Source: Mantamonas sphyraenae STR306 (taxonomy: Eukaryota; Protista; CRuMs). Taken from it: a stretch of DNA of 64,000 nucleotides. Positions within the stretch are counted from its first letter, which is position 1; each line of letters begins with the position of its first letter. The stretch covers positions 62,001-126,000 of the forward strand of contig JAPMXV010000018.1 in assembly GCA_026936335.1 (NCBI GenBank), in the 5' to 3' direction. Position numbers and translations under genes: made by a program. The notes under the pieces were generated by a model. That model did no database searches, was not told where the DNA came from, and saw nothing but the letters and a program-made list of their open reading frames with translations. Below are positions 34,438-46,476 of this stretch, in pieces.

Positions 34438-37400
34438 ATGAGCCTACCCCTGCGCAACCACAATGTGGGTACGATCACGTCATTAAACAAGCGCAACATG
34501 GGGCCTGGAGCAACTGTGTGTGCCACGCGCGCCATCGTGTCGACAGGTGATCAGGACGCATCGCTCACTTCGAGCAAACTGCTTCTTCCCCATCTCTCCC
34601 GCCGCTCCGGCAGCCGCACAAGGCTCGACGACGCAGCGCAAAAGGAGATTCTGGACCGTTTACGTCGCACCATGGTCGACGAGGTGTACGTGCACAGCCC
34701 ATTCGGCCCGTGGTCAACACCTTGCGAAAATTGGCGCGGGTTTCCCGCCATGTGTTCCTGAGCACCTGGGCTGACCGCACACACACTCACACACACTCAC
34801 TCCCTCACTCTCTCAGCGACTGGACCAGCCAAAGTGCACGTGTGGCCACCAGTGTGTATGCAGCAGCGCTGCAGGCGCCACACAATGCCCTGGACATGGA
34901 GGTGATCAAGACCAAAGGGACAGAGTCGCCCAAGACGCCTGCAGAGATCACAAAGCAACATGCACGCAAGGCGAGCACTCCGTTCGACAGCAATGGTCCG
35001 CATGGACGTGCACGCACGCCGACAGCCGTCGACGTGTTGAGTGACGACGAAGACATCGACGACAACGGCCTCAGGGGAACCGCGGCGCATGACGAGGAGC
35101 CCAGCTCCCAGACAGCAGAGGCGCCCAAACAGGACGCAGGCGTGGCCAAACAGGTGCTAGCCATGCAGAAACAGCGTCTTAAGCACGCCGCTCGTTCGAA
35201 GCATGGCTCATCCAGCCCGTCCAAGCAGCCGAAGAAGGAAGCTCGCACAAAGGAAGAACTCGCCCTGCAGCTTCATGCAACGCTCACCGCCATGATCGAA
35301 CGTGACCGCTGGGACGAAGACGACCTTGACGCTTCCGTGTATGGGTCAGGTGGCATGAGCAAGCACGTGTTGGATTATCTGGCGTCGTTCTTTGAAGAGT
35401 ACAGCCGCTCCTCGGTTATGCTGGCCCCGCTCACCAGCGACGAGATGGCAAGCTTGAACGTGTGTCTTCAGAACGCACACGACCAGCGATACATGCACCT
35501 CGTCGACGGCCACACGCTGGCGGACGTGTGCGCACGCCTGCAAGCTCAGGTGCACGCCGCAAGCGTCATCAACATCTGGCAAATGAAAGAGGACGAGGAC
35601 GAGGACGAGGACGAGGAGGAAGAAACATGGCATGAAGACGACGAAGATGACGAAGATGACGAGGACGACGACGATGAGCACAAGGATGGGCGCAAACGAC
35701 GTGGCACACGCAAGAGCACAAAGGAACAGCGTGGCAAGCGCAAGCGTAGCAAGTCATCGCATGCATCCAATTCGAGGGCATATACACACAGCCATACTGC
35801 AGGCCTCGTTCTGCCGCCCTTCCTGGTCGCCATGGCCGACGCACTCTGCACGGACGACAAGGTGATTCTCGTGCGCCTTGCCCTGGCTTCTCTCAAGGCC
35901 CTCATGTGCATCATGTCCAGCCCGCGCGTGTCCAACCTCGCCGTGTCGGAGGAGATGCTCAAGGAATCGCTGGCGTCACTTGAACACCATTTGCGCCAGC
36001 ACATCTACGCGGCCATCGAACTCGCCTACTTCCATCACACCTTCCCTGCGTCGTGGAGCCATGCAAAGCGCACCCAAATGGGCAATGACGAAGCTGCGTT
36101 TGCTCATTGGCGATCCACTCTTCGCGTGGGCTCCATGCTCAACTCTCTCCTTGTCCAATCGCAGGAATGTGTGCACATGTTGCGCCAGCTCTGCATCCAC
36201 GGGCACATCTCACAGGTGGCTGTCCACCGCGTCATTTCCATCTGCACAGAGACGCTGTTTGTCAACAAGCGTGCCGAGTCGCTTCAGCTTGCCGCCGCCG
36301 CAGTCCTGCGCCTCTTGTGCCATCTGGACGCGTCGCACCGAGCGCCCATGCTTACCACCGTGCTACAGAGTATGGCGGATGCTGTGGAGAACAAGCGCGA
36401 CACTGCAAAGGTGCGCATTCCTCTGGAGACGTCGCACGTGTCTGTGCAACTTCCCAGCGCCGTGCTCGTGCAGCTTGTGCAGGCGAGCACCTCCACTCCC
36501 GCCGCATCCACTGCGCGTGCCTCATCGTCCTCGCTGCTCGGATCTGCAGCGCAGCACCAGGACAGTGTGTTTGTCGCCAGCTCGCGATGTGTGCAGCTGG
36601 TCGTCGATACATTGCTTGCCGAGTGCCGACGCGGACCCAAGGCCAAAGAGTACAAAACTGTTGTGCGCCAGCTGTGCGACGATCTGCTGCGCCTTCTCAA
36701 CTGTCCCGAGTGGCCCGCAGCCGAATTTCTCCTCTTTCGCATGGTCGTCGAGCTGCTGGACAGTGTCAAGCACGACGCGAACGAAGCGTGGCGCCGCTAC
36801 GCCGTCTCTGTTTTTGCACGCATCCTGCCTGCCCTGCGCATGCAGATGATCCAGAGCAGCGGCGACATGCTTGAGCTGGACACTCCCCTGTGTGGCACCG
36901 CCTCTCTGGCGTTGGGCAACAACAACGCAGACGCACAGGGCGACACGTCCACGTCCGCCGCCACGCCTTCCACCTCCTCGCTCATGCACATGTGCAAGCG
37001 AGAGACAAAGACAACGCTGCTTCAAGGAAAGCTTGGCGTGTGTGTGGGATGCGCTCGCCCTCTGCGCGACGCACAGCAGTCAAGCAACACGGCCGTGCAG
37101 CAAGCCAGTACCGCCAGCAGCTCCTCCAAACGCCTGGCAAAATCGGAACGTCTCGAGCAGGAGGCATCCATGGACGAAGCCGAACGCATCAATCGCTTCA
37201 GCGAGGGCAAGACGCTGCCGTGCATCGAGTGCGAACGCCATTTCCACCTCGCCTGCGCAGCCGCATGCATGATCAACAATGCGTTTGGGCGCCTTCAGTG
37301 TCTGCATTGCACGCTTGCCCTGCGTCTTCAGGATGAGGTGGGCACAGGTCAGCGCGCAGCTACAACCCCAAAGGAGCGATCCACGCCGCCCAAGCAGGCC

Positions 37401-39352
37401 AAGCCCCGAAAGGGACCCACAAAGCTGCGCTTCGCAGGTGCAAGTGCCTCGAAGCTGGGTTCCCGCTCTGCTCAGGCTCTCGCCTTGCTTTCCATGCAGT
37501 TCAGCGAACTCGCCCCTCCTCCCGGCGCTGTTCCCAAGACCAAGAAGCAGACCAACGACGAGGAATCTTCGGACAAGGCCAAGGATGGCATGGACGTGGA
37601 GGAGAAGCAAGCACGCTCCTCTTCTTCCACCGCCAAGGCGACCCTCAGCGCCGAAGCGCAGCAGGAGGCTGCGTTCCGCTTCCTGTTTGAGCGTCTTTTG
37701 ACGTACCTGGAGAGCATGGACAGCCACGGAGACGCAATGACACAACTGGAGGCGCAACGCTTCCACCTGAGCTGCTGGGACTTTCACGCAGCCGAAATGG
37801 ACCACGTGGACGCTCAGCACAGCAGCCGCAGATGGCTGCAGAACGGCTGGCAAACGTCGAGGACCATATTCGACAACGCCTGCGCGGCACCCTGATGCTG
37901 TCGAAACTGGGTGTGCACGGCAAGGACGGCGAACAGGAGGCAGTGACGCGCGAAATGGCACTGGTGATCAGCCGATACCTTGCGAGCCGCAGGCGCCTGC
38001 ACGACAACTTCCAGGCAGTGCTCGCAAGCATCGTCAACCTCGTGGACCCCAAGAGCAGTGCTACCATGCGCTCCGAGGTGATGCGGCTGCTCGTGCGCTT
38101 GGCGGATGTCGACTCCACCGTGCTGGACCAGCCCTTCATGCAGAACATCATGGCCCAGGGCCTGGCCGACGACAGCGACTCGGTGCGCCACGAGACCGTG
38201 CAGCTTCTGGAACGGTGTGTGTTGACCAACCCGGACTCGGCCTCGCTGTACCTGCGCACCGTGCTCGTTCGGCTCACAGACGTGTCCAAGAGCGTGAAGC
38301 GCTCCGCTGTGAGTGTGCTCGAACAGGTGTACCTCAACTACAGGGATGGCGGACACGCAAGCGTGGGCACCACCCAGTTCAACACCATGGTGTCTGTGTG
38401 CGAGCGACTGGTGGTCCACCTGCAGGTGGAGGACGTGCACGACCAAATCATGCAAGTCTTTGCAAACATCTGGTTCAACAGCGGTGACGGCAACAGGAGC
38501 AACGGCAACACAAAGGAGACCAAGAGGCAGCTACGCACTACCGTGCGTGTGCTCAGCCAGCTCATGGCGCATGCACAGCGTGACGTGCCGCTGGGCGAGC
38601 TCAGCGAGCTCAGCCAGAGCATTGTGCTGCTGGTTCAACAGCTGCAAGGCTTCAACGTCGAAGCGGACGACGAGCCACGCAGCCGCAAGTTTGTGGAGCG
38701 CCGTGCGGCGGGGTGGGAGCGCTGCCGAGCAGAGTGCACACGCTTGATCGACATGGCCATCCACAGCCTGTCGCGACAACGCATGGACGACGCAGAGTCT
38801 GTGCAGGCGACAATGCAGGTGTTGTTTGTTTTGGTGGTGCTTCTGGACCGAGACGAGCCGGTGGAGCAGGAGCTGGTGGACACGCTCGTGCCTCTGCTGC
38901 TGGGCGTGCTGGAACGTCGCACGCAGGCACAGACGTCGCCTGCCCTGGCGTCGCTTCGCCCGGCCCTGGACAGTGTGTTGTACATGGCCACGCGTGTGCT
39001 CAATATGGTTATGGTGCAGGTGAGGCAGTCTGTGGACAGCGCTCTGGCGACTCGCGTGCACGCCTACCTGGACACGCTCATCCGCCGTTTTCAGCCTGCA
39101 CACATCCGCATGGCTGCAGAGACCCTGTGCCAGTTTGTGCAACACGTGCGGAGCGACCGCTCGCTCGTGGCCCAGCCCCTACACCTGTTCTTTGGCTATC
39201 TGCTGGACACGCTGCCGGAGATCGAGGCGCGCCAAACGCAACCCAACGAGGTGTGGCTCAACCTTGCGCGCAGCCTGGTCACTGTAGGCTCCCTGTGTCG
39301 CCATTACGACTTTGACAACGTGTACGATTTGGATGACGACATCGAGGACGAC

Positions 39353-39385
<33 letters not shown>

Positions 39386-41128
39386 AACGGTGACAAGATC
39401 CCGTCCAAGACGAGCTCCCAGCGCGCCGCACGCATGCTGCAGAGCGGCAAGGTGACACGCTGCGTGCATGACCTATTGATGCGCGTGTGGCAAACGTGCA
39501 CAGACGAGACAGCCACACGAAGCGGCACGTGGGCACGCGACCTGGAGCGGCTGCAGCGCTTTGCCCTCGAGGCTATGGCTGACGTGTACATGCGCTCGCC
39601 GCAGCTGCTCAAGGAACCCTCGGGCCAGCAGATGGTCAAGGAATGCCTGGACGGCACAGGGCAGGTGAAGCTCGTGATGCTGCGGTTCCTGAAGCAGCTG
39701 CTGGAGCACGAGCACCGCAGCATGGACAAAGAAAACGCTCTGGCTCAATTGGAGGAAGCGACACGAGGCAAGAGCTGGTTGGTGCGCAACCGGAAAAAGA
39801 TGGGCAAGGGTACAAAGGGCAGCAAGCTGGACGCCAAGCTGGGCCAGTTCAGCGCGAGTGTGCAGAGTGCGTCCAGTGGCGTGGGCACACATACGGTGCA
39901 GAAACACATGCGCCGTGTGTTTGAGCTTGTGGTGGACACGGAAGCGGCGGTGCGCATGCTTGCCCTGCAATTGTGCAAAGTGATCCTGCGCGAAGGCCAG
40001 TATCTGCCAGGCAAGTTTATCGCGCCTGCCATCGCGGCGTCGACTGACCGTGCACATCCGCAGGTGGCGAGCATGGCGTTGCAGATGCTGGTTCACATCA
40101 AGCAAGAACACGCGAGCATGTTTGAGCAGTTTCACGCCAAACTCGTGGGTTTGGGTATGGGCCGCGCCATGCACATCCGACTCGCAGGACGCGACAGCCC
40201 GTACCACGAAGATGGCACAAACATGTTTGCGCCCGTTTACAGCATGATCGGAGGGAACACCAAAGCGCAAACGGGACAGCAGCGCAAGCTGTTTCTGCAA
40301 AGCCTGTTGAGCCACGCGTTTGCCATGGATGAAGAGAAACAGGTGGACGCAGCTCGAGGTGCCTTTGTGGTCGAACTGATCGCTTCGCTCCCGTTTGAGA
40401 TGCTGGACGAGCCGCTGGCGTGTGTGGAGCGCATCAACGAGCTGGTGGGTGTGCACCAAGAGGAGACCATGACGCAGCTGACTGTGATGCTCGCGGCAAT
40501 GCTACCGGACGACGCACAGTTGCAGGAGGAGGCTCAGGAGCTGAGGTTTGTGCAAAGCAACAGGCATGCATTGTCGATGTTGCACGGACGTGCGATGCTG
40601 CTCGCCCAGCTCATGCAGCTCAAGGAGCATCTGCGCACGGGGTTTGCCCTCACCACCAAACAGTGTCGCGACTATGTGCAAACCAACTCGGTGAGCAAAG
40701 CTAGGCCACGCACACGTCCGTCCACGCACCTGCGCATCGCGCCGGAACTGCGACGGGCAACAAGCGACGACGCCGACACAGTCAAATCGGCATACGACGT
40801 GTTTGCCGCGTTGAGCCACGCCGACGCAGGCGACGACTTTGCAGCTCGCAAGCGCAAGCGTGCAAGCACCGCAAGCAGCAGAACCAACGGCAAGAGGAAG
40901 GCACGTGTGCAGAAAGCAGACGTCTGGCACAGCGACAGCGACGACGACGACGACGACGACGAGGCATGGTACGACTCGAGTCTGGAGGAAGACGACGACG
41001 AGGACTTTGCAGACGAGGATGAGGACGAAAATGGCGAACGCATGCGGTTGGAAGAGGCCATTGCGCGTTCCCTCAGCGGCCGTGCAACCACACGCCGCAC
41101 ACGCGCTCTTGCAGCCGCTCGTTCTTGA
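34438..41128 (+). CDS. NIPBL: cohesin loader NIPBL/Scc2 with an internal PHD-like finger; one frame break near 37795
   Basis: Intron 34686-34816 (GTACGT..GCTGAC..CAG) is in phase. Scc2 motifs DLLRLLNCPEWPAAE, DSDSVRHETVQL, RLTDVSKSVKRSAV and SLPFEMLDEPL. Confidence 0.85.
34731..34749 (+). promoter_or_regulatory. tandem E2F-like sites in the 5' intron of NIPBL
   Basis: TTGGCGCG-GG-TTTCCCGCC. The second site is an exact TTTSSCGC match. Confidence 0.45.
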
Positions 41129-41409
41129 TGGGTCACAGCAAAACAAAATGGAAACTGGGTTGTACTTTGTGATTCATTTCATTGCATGTGTGTGCTTCTG
41201 CGATGCCAGCGCTGCAAAAAGACGAAATGTGCGTTCGGCGGCAAACACCCAGGTCGGCAGCCTCTTCACGAGATGCCGACCGGAAACCGCCGTGCACGGG
41301 CACGTTGAAAACGTGAGGTTTGGATGGATGAGTGTGGGATGATGGAGTCTTTGAGTCAGACAGCAGCCGTCCTGCGACTGTGCGGCCGCGGAAACCACGC
41401 AAAGGCGAA

Positions 41410-43191
41410 TCAAAAGTCACTTGCGTCTTGGAACTCATCCTCCGAGCTCCACGGTTCGCTTTCGTTGTCCTCCGACACAAAGATGAACGGCCGTGCACTC
41501 TGGTGCGAGGTCCTGGAGCGAGGCGAACCGAGCTCGGGCCAATCCTCGTCCGAGTGCGGATCGGGCAGGCCGTTGTCCGATGCAGAGGAGTCTTGCGTGT
41601 TCACGCTCGTGTTGAGAGCAGCATCTACGGTCACCGACACGGGACCCTGCTGGTCCTTGGCTTCCTCGGCGTCTTCCACCTCCTCGTCCTCCTCTTCCTC
41701 GTCGGTCTCGGTCTCCAGGCTGCCCTCGCTGCTGACAGACTCGTCATCCTGCTTCTCGCCGGTGCTGAGCACGTCCTTCACTTCGACCTGCACCTTGTTC
41801 TGCAGGGCGAGCTGAGCGGTGTCGTCCTGGGGAAGAACCGCGGCGGCCGGGAACCCAAACCAGGAAAGGAGAAACTCTGGTGCGCTGTCCTGCGCCAGAC
41901 GATACACCCCCTCGGTGTAGACGGAGAAGCGCAGGTTGATCTGCACGAGAAAGTTGTTGTGTGTGTCGCGCAGTTGTGTGACGCGGCCGTGCTTGAGCAC
42001 CACCCCGGCAGCAGCCTGCATCACTTCCCACATCTGGTGTTTGGTGGTGTTGAGGGCGTGTGACACCACGTCGTACTGCTGGGCCAACACAGTGCCCAGC
42101 TGGGCCCGGTTCAGCTTCTTGGCCTTGTCCAGCTGCAAGGTCTTGAAGGCCAACTCCAGCAGATCCATGCTCTGAGCCTTGAGGGCAGTCAGACTGGTGC
42201 GTGCCACTTCCACCGTGGCCTCCTCCTCGGCCTCCTGCCTCTCCCTCTCCTGCGTTTCCTTGGCCTCGTCCGCGCGCGCCGTTTTTTCCTTGCGTCCAGA
42301 CACCGTGTGCAGCGCCTGCACGGCACCCTCGCCCAGCGGCAGTGCGGCAATGTACGGCTGCACCGGCTGCGACGTTTCATCAATCACTGCGGCGGCATAG
42401 CGGATCAGATCGATGTGTGCGAGCTGCACGAGCTGTTCTTGGCTGCGCACTTGCACGTTCTCGATCGTGCGGCGCAGCTTGCGCGACAAGCGAGAGGTCA
42501 CCTTGTTGGTCACGCCATACGCACGTGCGCGCACGCCCTTGTTCTCCACCATGGGCACACTCTTGTTGTCGTTACCGGCCTCCTCCGCCGGTGCGGTCGT
42601 TTCGGAGGTTGCGCCGGAATCCACGAATTTCGTGCACTTTTCGGCGCCGTCGTCCTGCGCCTCCTCCTCCGCTTCGTCGGCCGATTCATCCTCCGACATG
42701 TCTTCAGGCAGGACGTAGTCCACGCCTGCGTCCATGAGGTCAAACGCTTGGTCGATGGATGCTGATGTGGCGGCCAGGGCGTTGCTGACGTGGCCGAGCT
42801 GGCGAGCCGAAAAAGCGTCGACGATTCCGGCGGCTCCGGAAACCACTGGGGTGGCCGCCACGCTTGACACACGGTGCTCCACCATCTCCAGACCGCTCTG
42901 TAGCATGGCATGGCTGCTCTTTGTTCGGTCATACACGCCCGTGGCCATGTCGATCAGCCTGCCTGGTTGCACGGACTGCGGCAGCCACCCGTCCAGGGTG
43001 CTGACAAACGCCGAGTTTTTCAGCGCCCGCGTCACCTCCAGACGCTGTTCAGTCGTCGGTTCTGTGCCAGTCGTTGTAGCTTCTTCTGTTGCTGTTGCTT
43101 GCATTGCCGGTTGTGGTTGCACTGCTGCTTGCATCGTTCTTGGTCTTGGTCGCGCTGGCGCAGGCAAGAACACCAGCTTTTCAGTGCCCAT
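41410..43191 (-). CDS. perilipin (PAT-family) lipid-droplet protein
   Basis: YDRTKSSHAMLQSGLEMVE, VDYVLP and RSQEQLVQLAHIDLI resemble conserved perilipin blocks. Acidic C-terminal tail. Start may instead be 43134. Confidence 0.7.
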   Translation of the reverse strand: MGTEKLVFLPAPARPRPRTMQAAVQPQPAMQATATEEATTTGTEPTTEQRLEVTRALKNSAFVSTLDGWLPQSVQPGRLIDMATGVYDRTKSSHAMLQSGLEMVEHRVSSVAATPVVSGAAGIVDAFSARQLGHVSNALAATSASIDQAFDLMDAGVDYVLPEDMSEDESADEAEEEAQDDGAEKCTKFVDSGATSETTAPAEEAGNDNKSVPMVENKGVRARAYGVTNKVTSRLSRKLRRTIENVQVRSQEQLVQLAHIDLIRYAAAVIDETSQPVQPYIAALPLGEGAVQALHTVSGRKEKTARADEAKETQERERQEAEEEATVEVARTSLTALKAQSMDLLELAFKTLQLDKAKKLNRAQLGTVLAQQYDVVSHALNTTKHQMWEVMQAAAGVVLKHGRVTQLRDTHNNFLVQINLRFSVYTEGVYRLAQDSAPEFLLSWFGFPAAAVLPQDDTAQLALQNKVQVEVKDVLSTGEKQDDESVSSEGSLETETDEEEEDEEVEDAEEAKDQQGPVSVTVDAALNTSVNTQDSSASDNGLPDPHSDEDWPELGSPRSRTSHQSARPFIFVSEDNESEPWSSEDEFQDASDF

Positions 43192-43353
43192 GTCTGCCTT
43201 TCCCTTTGCCTCTCAGTCCATGGGATTGTCTCTCTACATGGTAGGTGTGGGACGATGGGTCATGGCCAACAGGCTGTAGGGCTGTGTGGCTGACGACGCG
43301 GCTCCCTCACACACACACAGGACGACGAGAACAGCAACCATGTGCAGGACAGC

Positions 43354-46300
43354 ATGCGAAACAGCAGCATTGTGACAAAGTACACTGCATCGACAGGTCC
43401 CAGGCCAACAGAGGGTAAGTGATGGGTGGTTAGAGACGCGCCGGGTGTTGGTTGGTGGACTTCGCTGTCAAAAACGCCGGCCGTTGCGGATTTTCACGCG
43501 CCAAAATCCGTTTAAATGTCGCTGACCCTCAACTTGGCACCCAGATTCGCCATCGACCCCGCCGACACACAAGGGTGCACATGACACCGAATCCGATGGG
43601 TTTGCGGCGTTTCTGCGCCCCACAGGTGCTGTTGAAGGGCCTCAGGAGACGCCGAAGGAGACGGGTGCAAGCCAATTGTTCAGTTCGCCGCTTGTGTCGT
43701 TTCAACACGACGGCCCGCCTTTTGGAGAGGATGTGTTTCACGGCAACGACCTGCTCCGCAGCCGCAACAGCCGCCTGTTCCAAAAGGCAGCCGAGGACTT
43801 GGATGTGGATCTGGACATGGACGACGAGGCGGCCGAGTCGACGGCAGCAGCAGCAGTTGATGATCAGGAACGCAGCGGTGTGAACGCCCACAACCTGGAA
43901 AGCAACATCGGCGGAGGACAAGGGACAACGGACCCATCGCTGATGCCCCGTGCAGCGGAACTGTCACCAGAGAACAGCAGCAGCAATAGTGTCGGTGACG
44001 GCAACAACACAAGCGTGGGGTCATCGTCGTCGTCGACGACGGGCAGCAGCCACGGGAGCGATGGCGAGCGGGAACGTGTGGCGCTGCTGAGCGAGGCACT
44101 GCAGTGCACGAACAAGTCGTTGCGCTCTGTTTCGCATGCATTGCGTGAGGCGAAGCACAAGCAGGCGAGTCAGGAGGCAACGTTGAGCAGGCGGCTGGGA
44201 ACGCAGCAGGCGTGGCGTCGACGAGAGGCAATGCATGCGCAGGCACGCATGGTGGAGCTGGGACGCGACTACAACCAACGGCTGGAGGCGGCGCAGCAGG
44301 AGTTGTGCGAACGCATCTCCACCCTGGAGATGGAGCGAGACACCCTGGCGGCCCAGCTGGACATTGCACGCAGCAGCAACGCACGGCTGCAGGCGCAACA
44401 TGCAGAGGACAGCGCAGGCGTGGCACAGGCACGCGAGGCACAGGAGGCGCAGGAGGCGCAGGTGCAGGCGTTGCAGATGCAACTGGACGATGCGCAGGCG
44501 CAGGTGGAGCGATTGCGTGCAGAGATGGCCATTGTGGAACGGAGTGCACGGCAGGAGGCACGCGAAGAAGCAGAAACAGAGGCCAGAGAGGCACGTGAGG
44601 CACTGGCAGGAGTGCAAACGCTGCTGGAGGGCGTCGAGGCACAGAGGGAAGCCATGGAGCGCGATGTGCAAGACACGCGTGCGCAGTGGCAACGACTGCG
44701 TGAGGAACACGAACAATTGCAAGATGCCCATCAGACGCTTCAACAGCAACAGCAACAGCAGCAGCAGCAGCAGCAGATGACCAAGGTGGAACCCGAACGC
44801 ATTGTGGTGGAAGTGCCGGTGGAAGTGCCTGTGGAGGTGCCTGTGGAGGTGCGCGTAGAGGTGCCCGTGGAGGACACATCGCGTGTGGAAGCACTGGAGG
44901 CCGCGGTGGCCGAGGCACGTGCACAGGCCGATGGCAGCGTGGCACGCGAGCGTCAGGCACGCGAGGCGGCGGAAGAGGCGTTGGGTGCCACCCAGGCGGC
45001 GTTGGCAGAGGCAGAAGCTGCGCGTGCGGCCTGCGAAGCCCGGTGCAAGGCGATGGCCGACGGGTTGCGACGCCTGGCAGCACAGGTGGGGGCAATGCGT
45101 GACGAAACACAGGCGTTGCCCGCGTGGGTGGCATCGCAGATGGCCCAGGCCGGCGCAGAAGCAGGCGCACAGGTGAATGCACTGGCACAGGTGTGCGAAA
45201 CAATGCGTGCACGGACAGCACAGCACAAAGCGGCGTTTGAGGGCGAGCGAGCAGAGAGACGCCGTCTGCACAACAAGGTACTGGAGTTGCAGGGAAGCAT
45301 GCGCGTGTTTGCACGCGCCCGTCCCATGCTGGAGTTGGACTATGAGAAGGAGGGCACGCAGGCGTTGTCCTCGCTGTCGGACGACATCATGGTGCTGACG
45401 CCGGCCAGTGGCAGCGGCAGTCACAACCATGCCGCGGCGGCTGTAAAGTCGTTTGAGTTTGATCGCGTGTTTGAGGGCGACGCGAGCCAGGACACTCTGT
45501 ACGAAGAGGTGCGTCCGCTGTTGCAATCGGTGCTGGACGGCTACAATGCATGCGTGATGGCGTACGGCCAGACGGGATCGGGCAAGACGTTTACGATGCA
45601 GGGCAGCAACGAGGCGCCGGGCATGCTGCCACAAACCGTGGTCGATTTGTTTGCGCGTGCCGACGAACTGCAGGAGCACTTTGAGGTGGAGGTGACCATG
45701 AGCATGCTGGAAATCTACAACGAAACCGTGTGCGACCTGCTGGAGGACCCCGAGGTGGCGGCGCAGACCACGTACACCATCAAGACGACACTGAAGGGCA
45801 TCGAGGTGGCTGGCCTGAGTCGCCACACAGTCGCCTCGCTGGACGAGGTGCAATCCTGGCTGGCGCTGGGTCAGAGTCACCGCTCCGAGGGTTCCACACG
45901 CATGAACGCCCACAGCAGCCGCTCGCACAGCATTGTCGAGTTTGGCATCGCCACCACACACCGTGCCTCTGGCGTGCGCACCACCTCCAACATGGCCTTT
46001 GTCGACCTGGCTGGCTCCGAGTGTGTGGGTCTCAGCGGCGCCAAGGGAGCGGCGCTGCGCGAAGCACAGGCCATCAATCGTTCCCTGTCCTCGCTGGGCG
46101 ACGTGCTCGACGCCCTGGCCAACAAGAGCAGCCACGTGCCGTACCGCAACAGCAAGCTCACGTACTTTCTCAAGGAGTACCTGGGTGGCGACGCCAAGAT
46201 GCTGCTCATTGTCACTGTGTCGCCGTCCACACGCTTCATCTCGGAAACCTCGCACACGCTCGGGTTTGGCCAGCGTGCACGTCAAATTCCGCGCACCCAG

Positions 46301-46444
46301 GCTCGCAAGCATCGTTCCAAGTCGTCCACCACCGGCAACGGCGGTGCGTCGTCCTCATCAACTTCATCATCCTCTTCTTCTTCCACGACCACGTCGTCCT
46401 CGACGGGCAGGACGCGCAGCAAGCGAAGCAGCACGAAGCAATGA
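43354..46444 (+). CDS. kinesin-14 (C-terminal motor) with long coiled coil
   Basis: Exon 1 43354-43414 and intron 43415-43544 (GTAAGT..GCTGAC..CAG), phase consistent. Neck RRRLHNKVLELQGSMRVFARARP, GQTGSGKT, NAHSSRSH, DLAGSE, HVPYRNSKLT. Confidence 0.92.
43487..43516. promoter_or_regulatory. palindromic E2F-like site with adjacent CHR-like TTTAAA in kinesin-14 intron 1
   Basis: CGGATTTT-CACGCGCC-AAAATCCG-TTTAAA. Contains TTTGGCGC on the minus strand (E2F consensus TTTSSCGC). Confidence 0.45.
44805..44873 (+). repeat. 12-bp coding repeat encoding (VEVP)n in the kinesin-14 stalk
   Basis: GTGGARGTGCCN units giving VVEVPVEVPVEVPVEVRVEVPVE. Confidence 0.85.
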
Positions 46445-46476
46445 TGTTGCAGAATTGAATGCATTTCATTTCCTCT

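Noticed and set aside
37806-37831. 17-26 nt GT-AG micro-introns to repair the NIPBL frame (similarly a 28-nt one in CHD1L)
   Set aside because: Donors are non-consensus, there is no branch point, and all supported introns here are at least 61 nt.
43588-43596. GGGTTTGCG copy of the spacer motif
   Set aside because: It lies in kinesin exon 2 (codons G-F-A) once the intron is modelled.
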